Source of the DNA: the human T2T-CHM13v2.0 reference genome, Homo sapiens
Length of the DNA: 64,000 bases
Assembly: GCF_009914755.1 (NCBI RefSeq)
Contig: NC_060943.1
Strand: one strand, 5' to 3'
Below are positions 1 to 29,669 of this stretch, piece by piece. A program made the translations under genes and the position numbers. Position 1 is the stretch's first letter. Every line of letters starts with the position of its first letter. The notes beneath the pieces are model-generated. The model made no database searches. It was given only the letters and a program-made list of their open reading frames with translations, and was not told the origin of the DNA.

Positions 1-452
1 TCCCGGGTTCAAGCGATTCTCCTGCCTCAGCCTCTCAAGTAGCTGGGACTACAGGCACACGCCACCACGCCTGGCTAATTTGTGTATTTTTAGTAGAGAC
101 GGGGTTTCACCATGTTGGCCAGGCTGGTCTCGGACTCCTGACCTCAGGTGATCTGCCCGCCTTGGCCTCCCAAAATGCTGGGATTACAGGTGGGAGCCAC
201 TGCTCCTGGCCTAGGGAATTATTTTGGTCAGCATACTGAAATGGAGGTGTTGTCCACTGAAACACACACACTCACATACTCACTCACTAAAGCCTTTTCG
301 TTCCATTCTTCAATCTTTAAAACAAAAAATACTGTATTTACTACATTTCTCCCTGCAGTAAGTACCCCTCTTGCATGCTCTATTTAAGATCACAGTACAC
401 TAAAATCTTGTTTATATTCTCTCTTCAATTCTTGCCCCTAGTTCTTGGTTGA

Positions 453-813
<361 letters not shown>

Positions 814-855
814 TAGGCATGAGCCACCGTGCGTGGCCCCTAAATTTATTTTTAA

Positions 856-1056
<201 letters not shown>

Positions 1057-1059
1057 TGA

Positions 1060-1203
<144 letters not shown>

Positions 1204-2089
1204 TAATATTTTGGTTTTTTATAGAGTTGGGGTCTTGCTATGTTGCCTAGGCTGGTCTCAATTTCCTGGCCTCAAGCGATTCTCCCATCTCAGCCACCCG
1301 AGTAGCCAGGACTACAGGTTTGTGCCACTGTGCCATGCTAATATTTTGATTTTTGTAGAGTTGGGGTCTTGCTGTGTTGTCCAGACTGGTCTTAAACTCC
1401 TGAGCTGAAGTGATTTTCCCACGTCAGCCTCCCAAAATGTACCCAGATGGAGGCATCATTCATTAAAACACATTCCTACATAAAATAAAGGTTTTATTTT
1501 CCTTCTACTCTTCTATCTTTAAAACAAAAAATATTATATTAACTACATTTCTTCCTCTAGGAAGTACCCCTCTTCTGTGCTCCCAAATCTCTGGAATTAC
1601 AAGGATGAGCCCCTGCACCAGGCTTAATAGTTTTTAAATTTTTGTCCTCATCTTTCTTTCCCTGTCAGCAGCAATTTGCACAGCCGATCACTCCCTCTTC
1701 TTTTTTCTTGGCTTTGAAGAGATTCTTCATAATTTAAAAAATCTGTTTAACTTTTTTTTTTTTTTTTTGAGACGGAGTCTTACTCTGTCACCCGGGCTGG
1801 AGTGTAGTGGCGCAATCTCGGCTCATTGGAACCTCTGCCTCCCGGGTTCAAGTGATTCTCCCACCTCAGCCTCCTGAGTAGTCCCGAGCTGGGACTACAG
1901 GTCCGTACCACCACACCTGGCTAATTTTTGTATTTTTAGTAGAGATGGGGTTTCACTGTGTTGGTCAGGCTGGTCTTGAACTCCTGACCTCGTGATCCAT
2001 CCACCTTGGCCTCCCAAAGTGCTGAGATTACAGGCGTGAGCCACCGCGCCTGGCCCTGTTTAACATTTTTGTCATCACCTTCATGTCTC

Positions 2090-2400
2090 CTGAACTGTCT
2101 TCTGTGAATATGGGAGTGTCCCACAAGTTAGTCCTTAAACCTGTTCTCTCTGCCTACACCCTCTACCTTTCCTTATGATCTCGTCTTACGGCTTCAAACA
2201 CCACCTGCCTGTCTCCATTTTCCCTCTCCACCCACCCCTCTCTCCTGAATTCCAGAATCCTGTGTCCACTCGTGTTCTGGACATCTCTGCTGGGGCATCC
2301 ACAGGCATCTCCACCTTCATATGTCCAAAAGAGACCCTGAACTCCCCAAACACGTATCCCCAGCAGTCCTGCACATATCAGATGAGGGACACCCTGTACT
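2090..2400. mobile_element. L2 fragment (paralogous copy at ~57670-57990)
   Basis: ctcctgaattccagaatcc...gacatctctgctgg...acaggcatctccacctt..atgtccaaa pattern. Confidence 0.6.
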
Positions 2401-3931
2401 TTCTGGGAATTAAGTAAACCTGTCAAATGTATTTAAAATGTAGGAGATATTTTCTTATTTGTGTTTTCATTTATAATACAAACAATAAATCACATGTTTA
2501 CTTACATGCCTGTAATCCCAGCTACTTGGGCTAAGGCAGGAGAATCGCTTGAACCCAGGGGGCAGAGGTTGCAGTTAGCCAAAGATCACGCCCTGCACTC
2601 CAGCCTGTGCAACAGAATGAGACCCTGTCTCACAAACCCACACACAAAATTATCCGGCTTTGGTGGCAGGCGCCTGTAATCCCAGCTACTCCAGGAGGCT
2701 GAGGCAGGAGAATTGCTTGAACCTGAGAGGCAGAGGTTGCAGCGAGCCGATATCATGCTATTGCACTTCAGCTTGGGTGACAGAGTGAGACTGTCTCAAA
2801 AAAAAAATGTATTTGCTCAGTTAGGATGGAAATAGGCCTGTATGGAAAGTACAGTTAATGTTTGAGTTGTACCTTGATACAAGCAGTTTCTTGGGAGAAA
2901 TGGCATCCAGCCCAGTGGAGACCCGCAAGAACAGGTCATGTCCATACATTCCCGCTAGAGGGCAGTGCTGGTGTTGGTCGAGGCTTCGGAGGTCACCTTG
3001 AAGGCTAACGGTGTGATCATTGGAGAACAGCTGGCATACAGCCACGTCTCAGTGTAGGCTGCAGGTCTTCAGAGAGGCCCCTGACAGCAGAGTGTGTCGC
3101 AGCCTCTGGTCTCACAGTGCCTGTCAACCTCTTGAATTTCTGTGTATTTTGAATTCCAGTAGTCGAGGTCAGAATCTCATATATGGGGTCTGAGAAGGTG
3201 CCATATAACATTCTCCAGGGGAGCTGGGAATCCAACCACATTCTCTGGGGTGGGAGGGAAGTTTACTCCATTTCCTATTTATGGGGGCTGCTAAGGGGTG
3301 ATGCATCACTCGTGAAGGAAGGAGGAACACACTCCAAGTTCTTATCACAGCACACAAGTCATTCATGTAGCAAACTATGTAAGTGGAATCATTTGAAACC
3401 TACATAACAGGGGGCCCAGGTTTCTCCTGCCTCAGAGACTTCATCTGGGCTGTTCCTCTGCCTGGAACTCTCTGGCCCCTCAGCTGCAGGTGACAAACAC
3501 CCTTCCTTCCCCAGGCCTTTGTTCTGGTAGTACCTTCTTAGGATTCTGTGACCCCCCCATAGCCCCCGATTTAACACTCCAGCCTGACCCCACCCCAACT
3601 CTCCTCCATTTTGAAGCTGTGTGTGTTTCTTTCTTTCCCTTTTCCTGCCACTGTCTGGATCCTGGTGACAGCAAGGACCCAAGGGGAGAGACGAGCCAGA
3701 AGGTGGGGACTGTGCTGGCTCAACCCCTCTGAGTGGAGCTCAGCCCTAGTCTCACATTTGAGAGCTGAGGCATTTTGCAGAAACATCTCTTGTGCCTCCT
3801 TACAGAGATTCTGATTTCAATACTCAGGTGGAGGCCAGGCCTAATATTTAAAGCTGATGCTACAGTAGTTGCTCCCTATCTGCTGGTTTGATTTCTGTGG
3901 TTCCAGATCCTCGAGTTTAACCGTGGTCTGA

Positions 3932-4365
<434 letters not shown>

Positions 4366-4469
4366 TAGGCAGTACAGTCATCCCTCAGTATTGGAGGGAT
4401 TACTTCCACGACCCCTGAGGATACCAAAATCAGGTGATCTTCAAGTCCCTTATGTAAAGTTGCATAGTA

Positions 4470-7466
<2,997 letters not shown>

Positions 7467-8404
7467 TATTTGCATATAAATTACACATGTCCTCCCGTAG
7501 ACTTTAAATCATCTCTTGATTACTTATAATGGATTATTTTTAATGGATTAATGAAATTTATAAATGCTATGTAGTTGTTATACTCTGTTGTTTTCTTGTA
7601 TTATTTTCATTGTTTGTTACTTTTTGGTTTCTTTCCTTTTTTTTGTAATTATTTCAGTCTGTCGTTGGTTGAATCCCTGGATTTGGATCCTAGAAATACT
7701 GAGACTGAGGGCCGAGTGTAGACTCTATCTGCTCATTAGTCAGTGAATAGTCTTCTTTTTGATCTGCTCCACTTTTGGGGTACCTCAGTCCTTTTGTTTA
7801 ACCCTTATTTTACTTAACAGTATTCCCCAAGCACGTGAATATTGATGCTGGCAATTTGGATGTGCCAGTAAGAAGCTGTCACATGCATAATTTAAGTGGA
7901 GTAAATAGAGGTCAGTACTGTTTGAGGTTCCAGGCATCCACTGGGCATCTTGGAACATATCCTTATGGATACGGGGATTCCAGTGTGTTCTGTCTCTGGC
8001 GCTGAGCACCAACGCTCTGTGTCCTCCATTTCTGAGGGCTTACATGAGCCTGGGATCCATAGAGAGGGGAGGAGGGGCTGTGCTCTTCATGGAGTTTGGT
8101 CACAGCTGTGTCTCTTCCCTGAATGGGGCAGCTCAGTCCAGCCTAGCTCCCTACTGCTGTAGCGTGTGTGCGGGCTTCTCCAGGAGGGGAGCGAGTCCTG
8201 AATAAAAGAGTAAAAATTTCACTCATTCTTCCTGTAGGAATTTCTTGTCCCTGCATCAACTCTGGTGCAGTGGGCAACAGAGGACATCTTTCCGCAGGAT
8301 TAGGTCTAACCTGTGTGTGTGGTTGTGGCATAGGGAGGGGAATGTGTTGATTCCGAGCAGTAATCAGTGTATTTTTGACATTTAGGATTGACTTATAAAC
8401 AGTC

Positions 8405-8467
8405 ATGCTATGTGATGAAGAAGCCCAGAAGAGGAAAGCAAAGGAGTCAGGGATGGCTCTTCCTCAG
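8405..8467 (+). CDS. ZNF610: ZNF610 coding exon 1 (MLCDEEAQKRKAKESGMALPQ); whole exon 8386-8467
   Basis: tttag acceptor ends 8385; in-frame TAA at 8396 upstream of ATG 8405; CAG|GTAAAG donor; 63 nt, phase 0, joins the KRAB-A exon in frame. Confidence 0.93.
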
Positions 8468-8780
8468 GTAAAGTGATATTCTCGGTGGTTGGTTCTCTCT
8501 GCTTCTTTCTGAAATGCCTGAAGCATCCTGCCTGACACGTTTGCTCACACTCACCCATGCCTTCCCTCAGTCCCTTTCATCTCGCTTAGATTCTATCTCT
8601 CGTGACCCAGTGACATGAATGTGGGAAGAGACTGCACTGGGCGTGGTCCTGGGAAGGGCTCACACCCAGACATGGATGGAGACGGGGTGAGGGTCCCGTG
8701 GTGTCAGTGGTGTTGGGCAGCAGGGATTGTTCAGGGGCCACATCTGGATGCACTGTCAGCTCTCTGTGGACCAGGATTAG

Positions 8781-8933
<153 letters not shown>

Positions 8934-9554
8934 TGAGATTACAGGTGCCTGCCACCACGCCCAGCTAATTTTTTGTATTTTTAGTAGAGACGGGGCTTCA
9001 CCATGTTGGTCAGGCTGGTCTCGAACCCCTGACCTCGTGATCCACCTGCCTCGGCCTCCCAAAGTGCTGGGATTATAGGCGTGAGCCACCGCGCCTGGCC
9101 TGAAGTCACATATTAATGCACACAAGTACCTGGTACATTCTGGAAAAGGAGTTCAGGAAGGAGAAATCTTTTCTGTCTGATTTTTACTACATTTGAAGCT
9201 AAACACCTTTCCTACTTTCTAATGTCTGGCTTGGTTCAGAGAGGACATTCTCTCTTCTTTCTCAGCATGCCCCTCCCATGGAGACTGGTGTTCCTGCAGG
9301 GAGTCTTGTACAGCATCTGTGTTAGGTGAAAAAAGCTGTAATTTTGCACAGAGATTGGAGCATAAATTTTTTGTCATTAAAGAGGTGGAAATTATATTCA
9401 TTCTTGTTCCAGCAATTAGTTATTTTTTTATGTTAAACATCAAATTATGTATATATTTGTTTTATAGGAAGACACCACACATGCAGCTTAGGCCATCAAA
9501 TACGAAGCCTCCCCTGCCCTGCCCTGTGCAGTTTCCCACCCTCCCTGCGTCTCA

Positions 9555-10260
<706 letters not shown>

Positions 10261-10590
10261 TTAAATAAAATCCTCAGTGATTGTTTCGTTGTAATATTTT
10301 ATACCAAAAGTTGTGAAAATTTGCATATTTTCATGTTAGGAAGATGGATTCCTTGCTCCTTTACATCCTCATGTGAACGTTCTCTGAATTAGAAATTAGT
10401 CACCTTGGCAAGGTGCAGTGGCTCACGCCTGTAATCCCAGCACTTTGGGAGGCTGAGGCAGGCAGATCACCTGGGCTCAGGAGTTCGAGACCAGCCTGAC
10501 CAACATGGTGAAACTCTGTCTCTACTAAAAATACAAAATTAGCCTGGTGTGGTGGTGCACACCTGTAATCCCAGCTACTTGGGAGGCTTA

Positions 10591-10683
<93 letters not shown>

Positions 10684-11407
10684 TCAAAGAAAAAAAAAAA
10701 AGAAAGAAATCAGTCACCTCTCTTTTTTTTTGTGCCTGGCGTGGTTCAGGGACCATGTGTGCCATTCAGCCCAGGAGGAGTCTCTGGAGGTCCTGAGCTT
10801 TGTCTAGGATGCATCCTCTCTGGACTTTGCTTGTCACCTCCTCACTGAAGAGGGTGGCCAGGTTCTGCTCAGGAGCTTCCCTTTCTGCACCTGCTCTGCA
10901 GCCTGTGTGAGGCCATAGGAAGCTGGGGTCCGCACCGCCACCTAGTATCTGCCCGTGTAACTGCGGGCTCTGATTTATGCTGATGCCTTTGTTCTCAGTG
11001 GCTTCCTGATCTGGGGCCCTGTTACTTCAGTGCTTCTGTTCAACCAAGACAGAACGTTGTCCCTCAGGAGAAATCTGGAGTTTGTGGTTTCCTCTGGATG
11101 ATGGCGCGTCGTGCCTGAGCAGGGGCTCAGGCTAACGTGTTCATGCATTTTCCCACTGGGCTCCCAGCAGGTTGACTTGGTGCTTCTTTGGGGTGCAGGA
11201 ACTTGCTAAGGACCTTCTGGATTTCTCACAAAGCCAATTGGTCTGTGTACTGTTTAATTTTTGTCTCCAGGGGGACAGAAAGGTCTGTGGCTTCGCATTC
11301 CTGTGTCTTGCTGACATTACTCTTTTAGTAGAGTTGCGAATTTCTTACACAGGTCTGGAGTGTCTTTTAGTTAGGGGCCATGTGTATATTTGCTGAGGGA
11401 GAGGTAG

Positions 11408-11992
<585 letters not shown>

Positions 11993-12149
11993 TAAATTAG
12001 AGGAAATGCATCCCACGTTTACTGTTGATTATGATGTTTTATGAGATGTTCTTGTTTAATATCATGTTTTTTTTGTTTGTTTGTTTTCCAATTTCATTCT
12101 TGGCCTGAGTATTAATTATCTAGTAATTTCTTAAGGTATGTCCTGCTGA

Positions 12150-12408
<259 letters not shown>

Positions 12409-12913
12409 TGATCCATCCACCTCGGCCTCCCGAAGTGCTGGAGTTACAGACGTGAGCCACTGCGCCCAGCCTATTTGTTAAATTAGTGTATAATATTCTT
12501 AAATTTTGTATCATGTATCACTGTTTTATTAATGAAATAAATCAATAAACTCCATTGGGCTTTTGCTAATACCTACATATGTAAATTTTAATGGACAAAA
12601 GTGTATTTATAGGCCAGGGTTAGTGGTGCATGCCTATAATCCCATCTTCTTGGGAGGCTGGGGCAGGATTAAACTCTTCCCATGAACCCAGGAGTTTGAG
12701 ATCTTTCTGGGCAACCTAGTAAAACCCCATCTGAATTTTTAAAAATACTACATATTTTTGAATGTGAACATTTACTAGAGATTGGAATTGAAGTTTCTAT
12801 GTTTTTTAATGATCTGCCATTTTTAATAGCTTAATATTCAAAAATGTTTATCAACTAAATTGAGTACAATTTCTACATTTTTAGTGTTGTAAACAATGTG
12901 GTCCTCATTTTAG

Positions 12914-13162
<249 letters not shown>

Positions 13163-13421
13163 TGAAAAGCTCTATTATGCTCTCTGGATTTGAAATGCGT
13201 CCTTTCTTCAGATGTACCGCCCCCTTCATAATACATCATTGGGTGGCACCGGATAACCAGTTCTCTGTTTTCTCCCCTGTGCTTACAAGTCAGTAGTTCT
13301 TGGAAGAGATCTCAGTGTCTACATATTGCATATTCCCTAAGCATTCAGAAGGAGCCAGTCTGTGGGTGAACTTGTGAGATATTATTCTTGATCCATTTGC
13401 GATATCCCCTCTCTTACCTAA

Positions 13422-13712
<291 letters not shown>

Positions 13713-13715
13713 TAG

Positions 13716-14180
<465 letters not shown>

Positions 14181-14639
14181 TAAATCCTAGGCATTCTGAA
14201 TGGAAATATTTCTTTGCTCTCTCTTGTCACTCAGTTCTATAAATGTGTGATAGTTTCATCTTTTCACCCTCGAGTGGTGTTGCCACCCAGAGACAAAAGC
14301 AAAGTCTTTATCCTGATGGACAGCACCCTGTCATGTGGCTTCTGTGAACTTTTGTTCCATGATTCTGAAGAACACAGGGAGCATTGTTGCCAGGGGTCTC
14401 TTTCCCCTGTGGTCTTTCTTCCTGTACTTGATTCCATCTGATGCTTAGTTTCTGTCCCTGTAGGTCAAAGCTGAGGTCTTCATAGACCTGCCCCCTTGAC
14501 CTATTCATGGTCCACCCCATTTCCTGTAATGGGAAGATGTAATCAGGAAATGAGAGAACATGAGCTACTCTTTTTTGCATCTGGGCCCTGGAAACTACAG
14601 GTGCCTCCAGCCCCCTCTGCCTGTTCAGGTCTATTTGGA

Positions 14640-15410
14640 TGGGAAGAAGCCAGTGATTTTCCTATTCTCACATGCCACTCAGCACAGAGCATTTCACTTC
14701 TGGTCACCAAAATGTGTGGGGATTTCTCCCCATCGGCAATTTTTCACTGGATCTTTACTGGGTTTTCTATAATTCATTTCTAACACTGTCTACCTGGAGT
14801 TAGAATCAGATCCCACAGGCTAAGGGTTGGGTTCCCAAGCCTGTCGCCCACCTCAGCCACCACTTGTTAGTAGTAGATTGTCACCTTTCTGTCTGACCAA
14901 CACAGCTGTAAGCTGGGTTCCCTCGACTCCCTTCTTGGGTTGATTACTTTGCTCGGGTGGCTCACAGAACTCAGTGAGACACTTCATTAGGTTCACTGGT
15001 TCATGATGCAGGATGTTTCTAAGGATACAGATGGACAGCCAGATGAGGAGATTCACAGGGCGAGGCACGTGGGAAGATTGACTGGGTGTGCCGCCCTCCA
15101 GGCGCCTGTGTGTCTTCAGCATTTGGAACCTCTTGTGACCCCATAGTTCACGAGCGGCTTCATCACGTAGGCGTGATTGATATTAACTCAATCTCCAGCC
15201 CCTCTCCTAGAAGCTAGTGGGTGGGGCTGACAGTTTCATGCTTCTAAGTATGGCCTGGTCTTTCTGGTAATCAGCCCCATCCAAGGAACCCACAAAGGTT
15301 GCCTCATTAGAGCAGATCACACTCGTACCACCCAGGACATCTCAAGGTCTTCAGAGCTCTGTGTCAGGAACCGGGGAAGAGACCAATGTATGTATGTATT
15401 CTTATTCCAC
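14640..15410. mobile_element. MER21-type LTR (paralogous copy at ~36530-37445)
   Basis: cacttctggtcaccaaaatgtgtgggg...gaatcagatcccacagg..aaggg motifs; same intronic position in ZNF610 and ZNF880. Confidence 0.7.
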
Positions 15411-16054
15411 AAGGCCCCTCAGCCATTCTTCAGTTGTGCTTCATCCACACTTTACTGGTGTGTGTCACAGGGGAGTAGGTGGCTCTTCTGAGATGCTTAC
15501 TCAGCTGAGTGGGGCAGATAGTCAACAGAAAGACCCTGTATTCGATCCCTAGGTCCCCATGGGGAACATGGCACAAAATAGCAACCAGATGCTTCTGGTT
15601 TTAACACTACCATCATTTGTTCAAACCACTGTTACTTTCATCTTGTACCTTTCCATGTATTATAAATTAACTTGGTTTTTGTATATTTAGTCAGCAGTTC
15701 CATATTTCATATAATACTCTTTGTGTTTATTATTTTGTATCTGTAGGGCTGTAGTATCAGGGAATGGCCATTGATTTATATATTTTTGAGTGTGGTTTTT
15801 TTAAATGCACAGGGTATGCCTCAGCAGGAGAGTCTCTAAAACTGACACTCCAGAAATTTTTGAATAGGAGTTTAAATATTTGTTTTCCTTTGTTGTACGT
15901 GACTTAGTAGCTACTATTGAACAACACTTTTGCCAATTAAATGTATTACAGTGTATAATATGGAAATTTTTTATATCTTAAGAATATGCTGTTTTAAAAT
16001 TGTTGCCATCTTAATCTCAGAAATACCATTACACTGACTTGCCGTAATTTGTTA

Positions 16055-17285
<1,231 letters not shown>

Positions 17286-17289
17286 TATA

Positions 17290-18600
<1,311 letters not shown>

Positions 18601-18810
18601 CCATATTTGGAGGTTTTGCATCTACAGATTCCACAAAATTGCAGATCAGAAATCCACAGGTCATTGAATCTGCACATGTGGATCCCATGGATACGTAGGG
18701 CAGACTGTATTTTCAATCCATGGTTAGTTGAATCTGCAGATATAGAAACCACAGGTATGGAAGGCCTGCAGTAAGGAACTCAGGCATCCACAGATTTTGA
18801 TATCTGAGAG

Positions 18811-19623
18811 TGTTTTAAGAAAAACTCTCAAACCATGTTTTTCCTCTGCTCTCACGCCACCACAACAATCTGTCAAGACAGAATAAGACTTCCGTGACCG
18901 ACGGTATAGGAGTTTTTTCCCACACATCAAGCAACGGACAAGAGCTGGGTTTCCTACAGTTCAGTTCTGACACTATACCTGGAGATAGTGTCAGATCCCA
19001 CGGGTTGAGGGCTCAGTGTCAAAGGCTTCCCCCATTTCCCACCAGTTACGAGTCTGGGCCTCTAGAACTTCTGACCAACTAGCTTCCATTTGTGGTTTCT
19101 GTGGCCCCTCTTTGGGCTCGATAAAGTTTCTGGATTGTCTCACAGAACTCACAGAAACACTTACTTACATTTGCCAGTTTATTATAAAGGCTATTGAAAA
19201 GGATACAGATGAAGAGACCTGTAGGGCAAGGTATGGGGGAAGGGGTGTGGAGCTTCTCTGCCCTCCCTGCGACCAGCATCCAGGAAGCTCCATGTGTTCA
19301 GCCATCTGGAAGCTCTCTAAATGCAGTCCTCTTAGATTTTTATAGAAACCTTATTATGTCAGCATTCTTTCCCCCAGACATAAAGCAGGACCCTCTCTCG
19401 GGAGGTCTTAAGACCTATAATCAGAAAGATGGGAGATTAGAGTTCTGCCTTGAGGCAGGTGAATGGAGGGCAGGAAAAGGTTGGAGAGGTTCTGTTTCCT
19501 GAGTTCTGCCCTGGGGCCTACCGTACCCAACACTATAACAGAAGACTGTAGCAAAGGCTATGGGAGTTATGAGCCAGGAACTGCAGATGAAAACAAATAT
19601 ATATGTAATACCATAACACCACA
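18811..19623. mobile_element. MER21-type solo LTR inserted in a MER2-like Tigger fragment (~18610-19670)
   Basis: tg...ca bounded LTR; the flanks join to form gcatccacagattttgatatc...ggggttcctggaaccagtc...gggacagctata. Confidence 0.65.
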
Positions 19624-19699
19624 CAGGGGTTCCTGGAACCAGTCTTCCCTGGACACCAAGGGACAGCTATATTCTCAATAGAAATAATGCAACATGGGC

Positions 19700-24190
<4,491 letters not shown>

Positions 24191-24705
24191 GATAGGCTGG
24201 GCACGGTGGCTCACGCCTGTAATCTCAACACTTTGGGAGACCAAGGCAGGCAGATTGCCTGAGGTTGGGAGTTTGAGACCAGTCTGGCCAACGTGGTGAA
24301 ACCCCGTCTCTACTAAAAATACAAAAAAATTAGACGAACGTGGTGGCGTGCGCCTGTAGTTCCAGCTACTTGGGAGGCTGATGCAGGGGAATTGCTTGCG
24401 GAGGTTGCAGTGAGCTGAGGTGGTGCCACTGCACTCCAGCCTGGGGCAACAGAGAGAGACTCCGTCTCAAAAAAAAAAAAAAAAGAATTGTGACAGGTGT
24501 GACAGGGAGACCTTTCCCAATTAGCCTGTTGTAAAGGGTGTGGGAACACCTCACTCCTGGGATTGTGTCTCTCCTAGCTTTATGCGTATATTATACTATT
24601 ACTAATGTCTATACAACTGCTCTTAAATGTCTTATTTTCTCTAAGAGGCTCATCCCTGCTTTTTCTGAGAAGCTTTCAGTTTCTGTTCTATTTTTCTGCC
24701 CTTAA

Positions 24706-26160
<1,455 letters not shown>

Positions 26161-26328
26161 GTTAATAACATATATAAATAATCTATAAAGAGAGAACAGT
26201 TATATCAGAATAGAGCATTTAATGAAAACTACCAGTATAGCATATTCTTGAGTAGGATTCACATTTAACTGCTGGCACCGTAATTTGTAACTCTTTGATT
26301 TAGAATGTACATACTTCTCATGTTTTAA

Positions 26329-26520
<192 letters not shown>

Positions 26521-27246
26521 TAATTTTTGTATTTTTAGTCGAGACGGGGTTTCCCTCCGTTGGCCAGGCCGGTTTCAAACTCCTGACCTCAAGTGATCCA
26601 CTGGCCTTGGCCTCCCAAAGTGCTGGGATTATAGGTGTGAGCCACAGCGCCCGGCCTAGTTTAAATTTTTCTTAGTGTGAATGAATTACATCCTTTCTAC
26701 CAGCATTGTTTAATCTTACCTCAGGAGGATACTTTATAGTAGAGAATAATAACCCATTATGATTTTAAGGTTGAAGCAGCCAGAAAAGTGTGTATGTGTG
26801 TATGTGTGTGAGACATAAAACAACATACGCTTCTGGGTGCATATACTTAAGTAAGTATGATGTTGAGTAATTACACTTAGTACTTGAGTTAGTTTCTCTG
26901 TACTCTGGTGTAGGATGTTTATGTGGGTAAAGTCAAAATCACTTTGTTAATAGTACAATTTCAGCCTTGTACACCCTCAAATGTGTGTGAGTGTTAAAGA
27001 GTATGCCCTGTATTGTGTTTCTACATGCCTCTTTCTTGTGTGCCAAATAAGAACTATGGTGTGCACCTTCATTTTCATGCAGCAAAAATATATAGTAATA
27101 TGACAAATATTAGGAAATAAAGTATGGGTTGAGGGCAAAAATACTGTAACATGGCCGGGCCTGGTGGCTCACGCCTGTAATCTCAGCACTTTGGGAGGCT
27201 GCATTGGGTGGATCACGAGGTCAGGAGATTGAGGCCATCCTGGTCA

Positions 27247-27489
<243 letters not shown>

Positions 27490-28418
27490 TCAGTGACATC
27501 ATTTGAAAATATTAATGTTCACCCATCTTCTTTTTAAGTCACACACAGAAAGGGAATTTTGTTTTGGTACATTAACTAGAAACTTCATATAGTCACCCTC
27601 ACAACTCTTTTGGTAATTTGAATTTTTGACCACTCTTCTGGAACTTGTTTGAAGTCCCCCTAAGGTTTGGCTTGGATCTTGAGAATGATGATCCCATACA
27701 CTGATATGGTTTGAGAGTGTTTATTATATAATGAGGCTCTGTGGGGGAAAGCAGGGTATACTTTTCCAGCTGGTCCAAAAGTGGCTTCAGAGAACTGGGA
27801 TAGGTGACTGGCTTGGGGTGTCATGATTGCTAAAGGGTAGGGCTGGGGCGGGGATACCCACTACCCATACTGGAAAGTTAGTTACAATTCACACCTAGCA
27901 TGTATATTTTTATATTTTTTGTATGTATATATATTTTTACATTTTTTTCCTACATTGCCTCCAAATTCTATGTTTAATACATTTCTTCCCTGTTTTGCTC
28001 TGGTGAAAACTTTAGGGGACAAATAAATGAGTGCTGTTTGGAGACAAAATTTTGTGACATGGGACTGGGCATTGTGGCGTGTGCCTGTAGTCCCAGCTAC
28101 TTGGGAGGCTGAGATGGGAGGATCACTTGATGCCAGGAGGTCGAGGCTGCAGTCAGTGAGCTGTCTGCACTTCAGCCTGAAAGACAGAAGGAGACCATCT
28201 CAAAAAAAAAAAAAAAAAAAAAGTTGTGACCTGAGTATGTCCATAAGACAATGGCAGGTATACACTAGGATTAATATAAATATGAAAAAAAAAAAACTTG
28301 GCCGGGTGCGGTGGCTCACGCCTGTAATCCCAACATTTTGGGAGGCCAAGGCAGGCGGATCACGAGGTCAGGAGTTCAAGACCAGCCTGGCCAACATGGA
28401 GAAACCCTGTCTCTATTA

Positions 28419-28643
<225 letters not shown>

Positions 28644-29019
28644 TTAATTTGCATCCCCTTCATAAACAATTCAAGGACTTTAAAATTCCGGAAACTAGTG
28701 TTTATTATTCATTTATATTTATTTATTTTAATTATTTATTTCCAATTTGTTATTTATGATTATGTATTTATTAGGCGCAAGGTTTCTCTCTCATGCCCAG
28801 GCGGGAGTGCAGCGCACGACCTCGGCTCACTGCAGCCTCCACCTCATGGGCTCAAGCGATCCTCCCACCTCAGCATCCGGGTAGCTAGGACCACATGCGA
28901 GCGCCCCTACAGCCGATTTAAAATTAATTTTAATAGCAGGAATTTTCCTGGATCTAATCATCAACAGACTTTCCCTCTGCCGGGGCACAATCTATTTCCA
29001 GATAGCTGAGTTCTTCCAG

Positions 29020-29545
29020 TCTCCACGGCAGGTCTAGCCTCCAAAACGAGACGAGCTGGGAGCGAGGCGGAGGGAAGCGCAGGCTCCGCCCAATCCCACC
29101 CGGGCCTGGCCTCGCCTCGCCTCTCAGCTGCGCGCGCAGTTTCCTGGAGACCCGGAAGCAGATTACGTGGAGTGACGGTCATGCTGCGGCGTGTGAGTTT
29201 CCCTTTGTTTAGATTAAATCTGGGATGCTGAGTCCCCTCGCGCTTCTGTACCCGGCATCTCAGGGGTCACACAGACCTTGAAATCCCCGCATCGCTCCCT
29301 CCACCCCGACTAAACTCAGACGTTCTAATGAGAGTCTGGCGGTCGCTTCCCTGAGTGTTAAAATCGCTCGGAGGCTGGTCCTGTCCCCGGTCTTTCACCA
29401 CAGGGCCATGTAGACAGCTCCTATCGCGGAGTTTGCCTGCTTCAAATCCTTCAGTGACCCCTAGACACGGCCCGCGCTGCGTAAAGTTCTCACCCGCGAG
29501 ATGGATCCACGTCTTTCCGGTCCCCCAAGCCTCGCCCTCTTTTCA
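29020..29545 (+). promoter_or_regulatory. ZNF880: ZNF880 CpG-island promoter and exon 1
   Basis: High CpG density, CCAAT near 29090, palindrome TGCGCGCGCA 29129-29138, ETS/GABP-type CCGGAAG at 29152; homologous to the ZNF528 promoter. Confidence 0.85.
29181..29192 (+). CDS. ZNF880: ZNF880 coding exon 1 (MLRR)
   Basis: gtcATG CTG CGG CGT|gtgagt; phase 0 into KRAB-A; gives a 577-aa total. Confidence 0.85.
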
Positions 29546-29669
29546 CAGGCCTGCCCCCTTTTCTGTGCCTTAAATGAGAGGAAATCGATCTGATGTTTAC
29601 TGCTGATTGTGATGTTTCAGCCTCCATTGGGCTTTTGCTAACACCTAAATAAATATTTAGTGGACAAAA

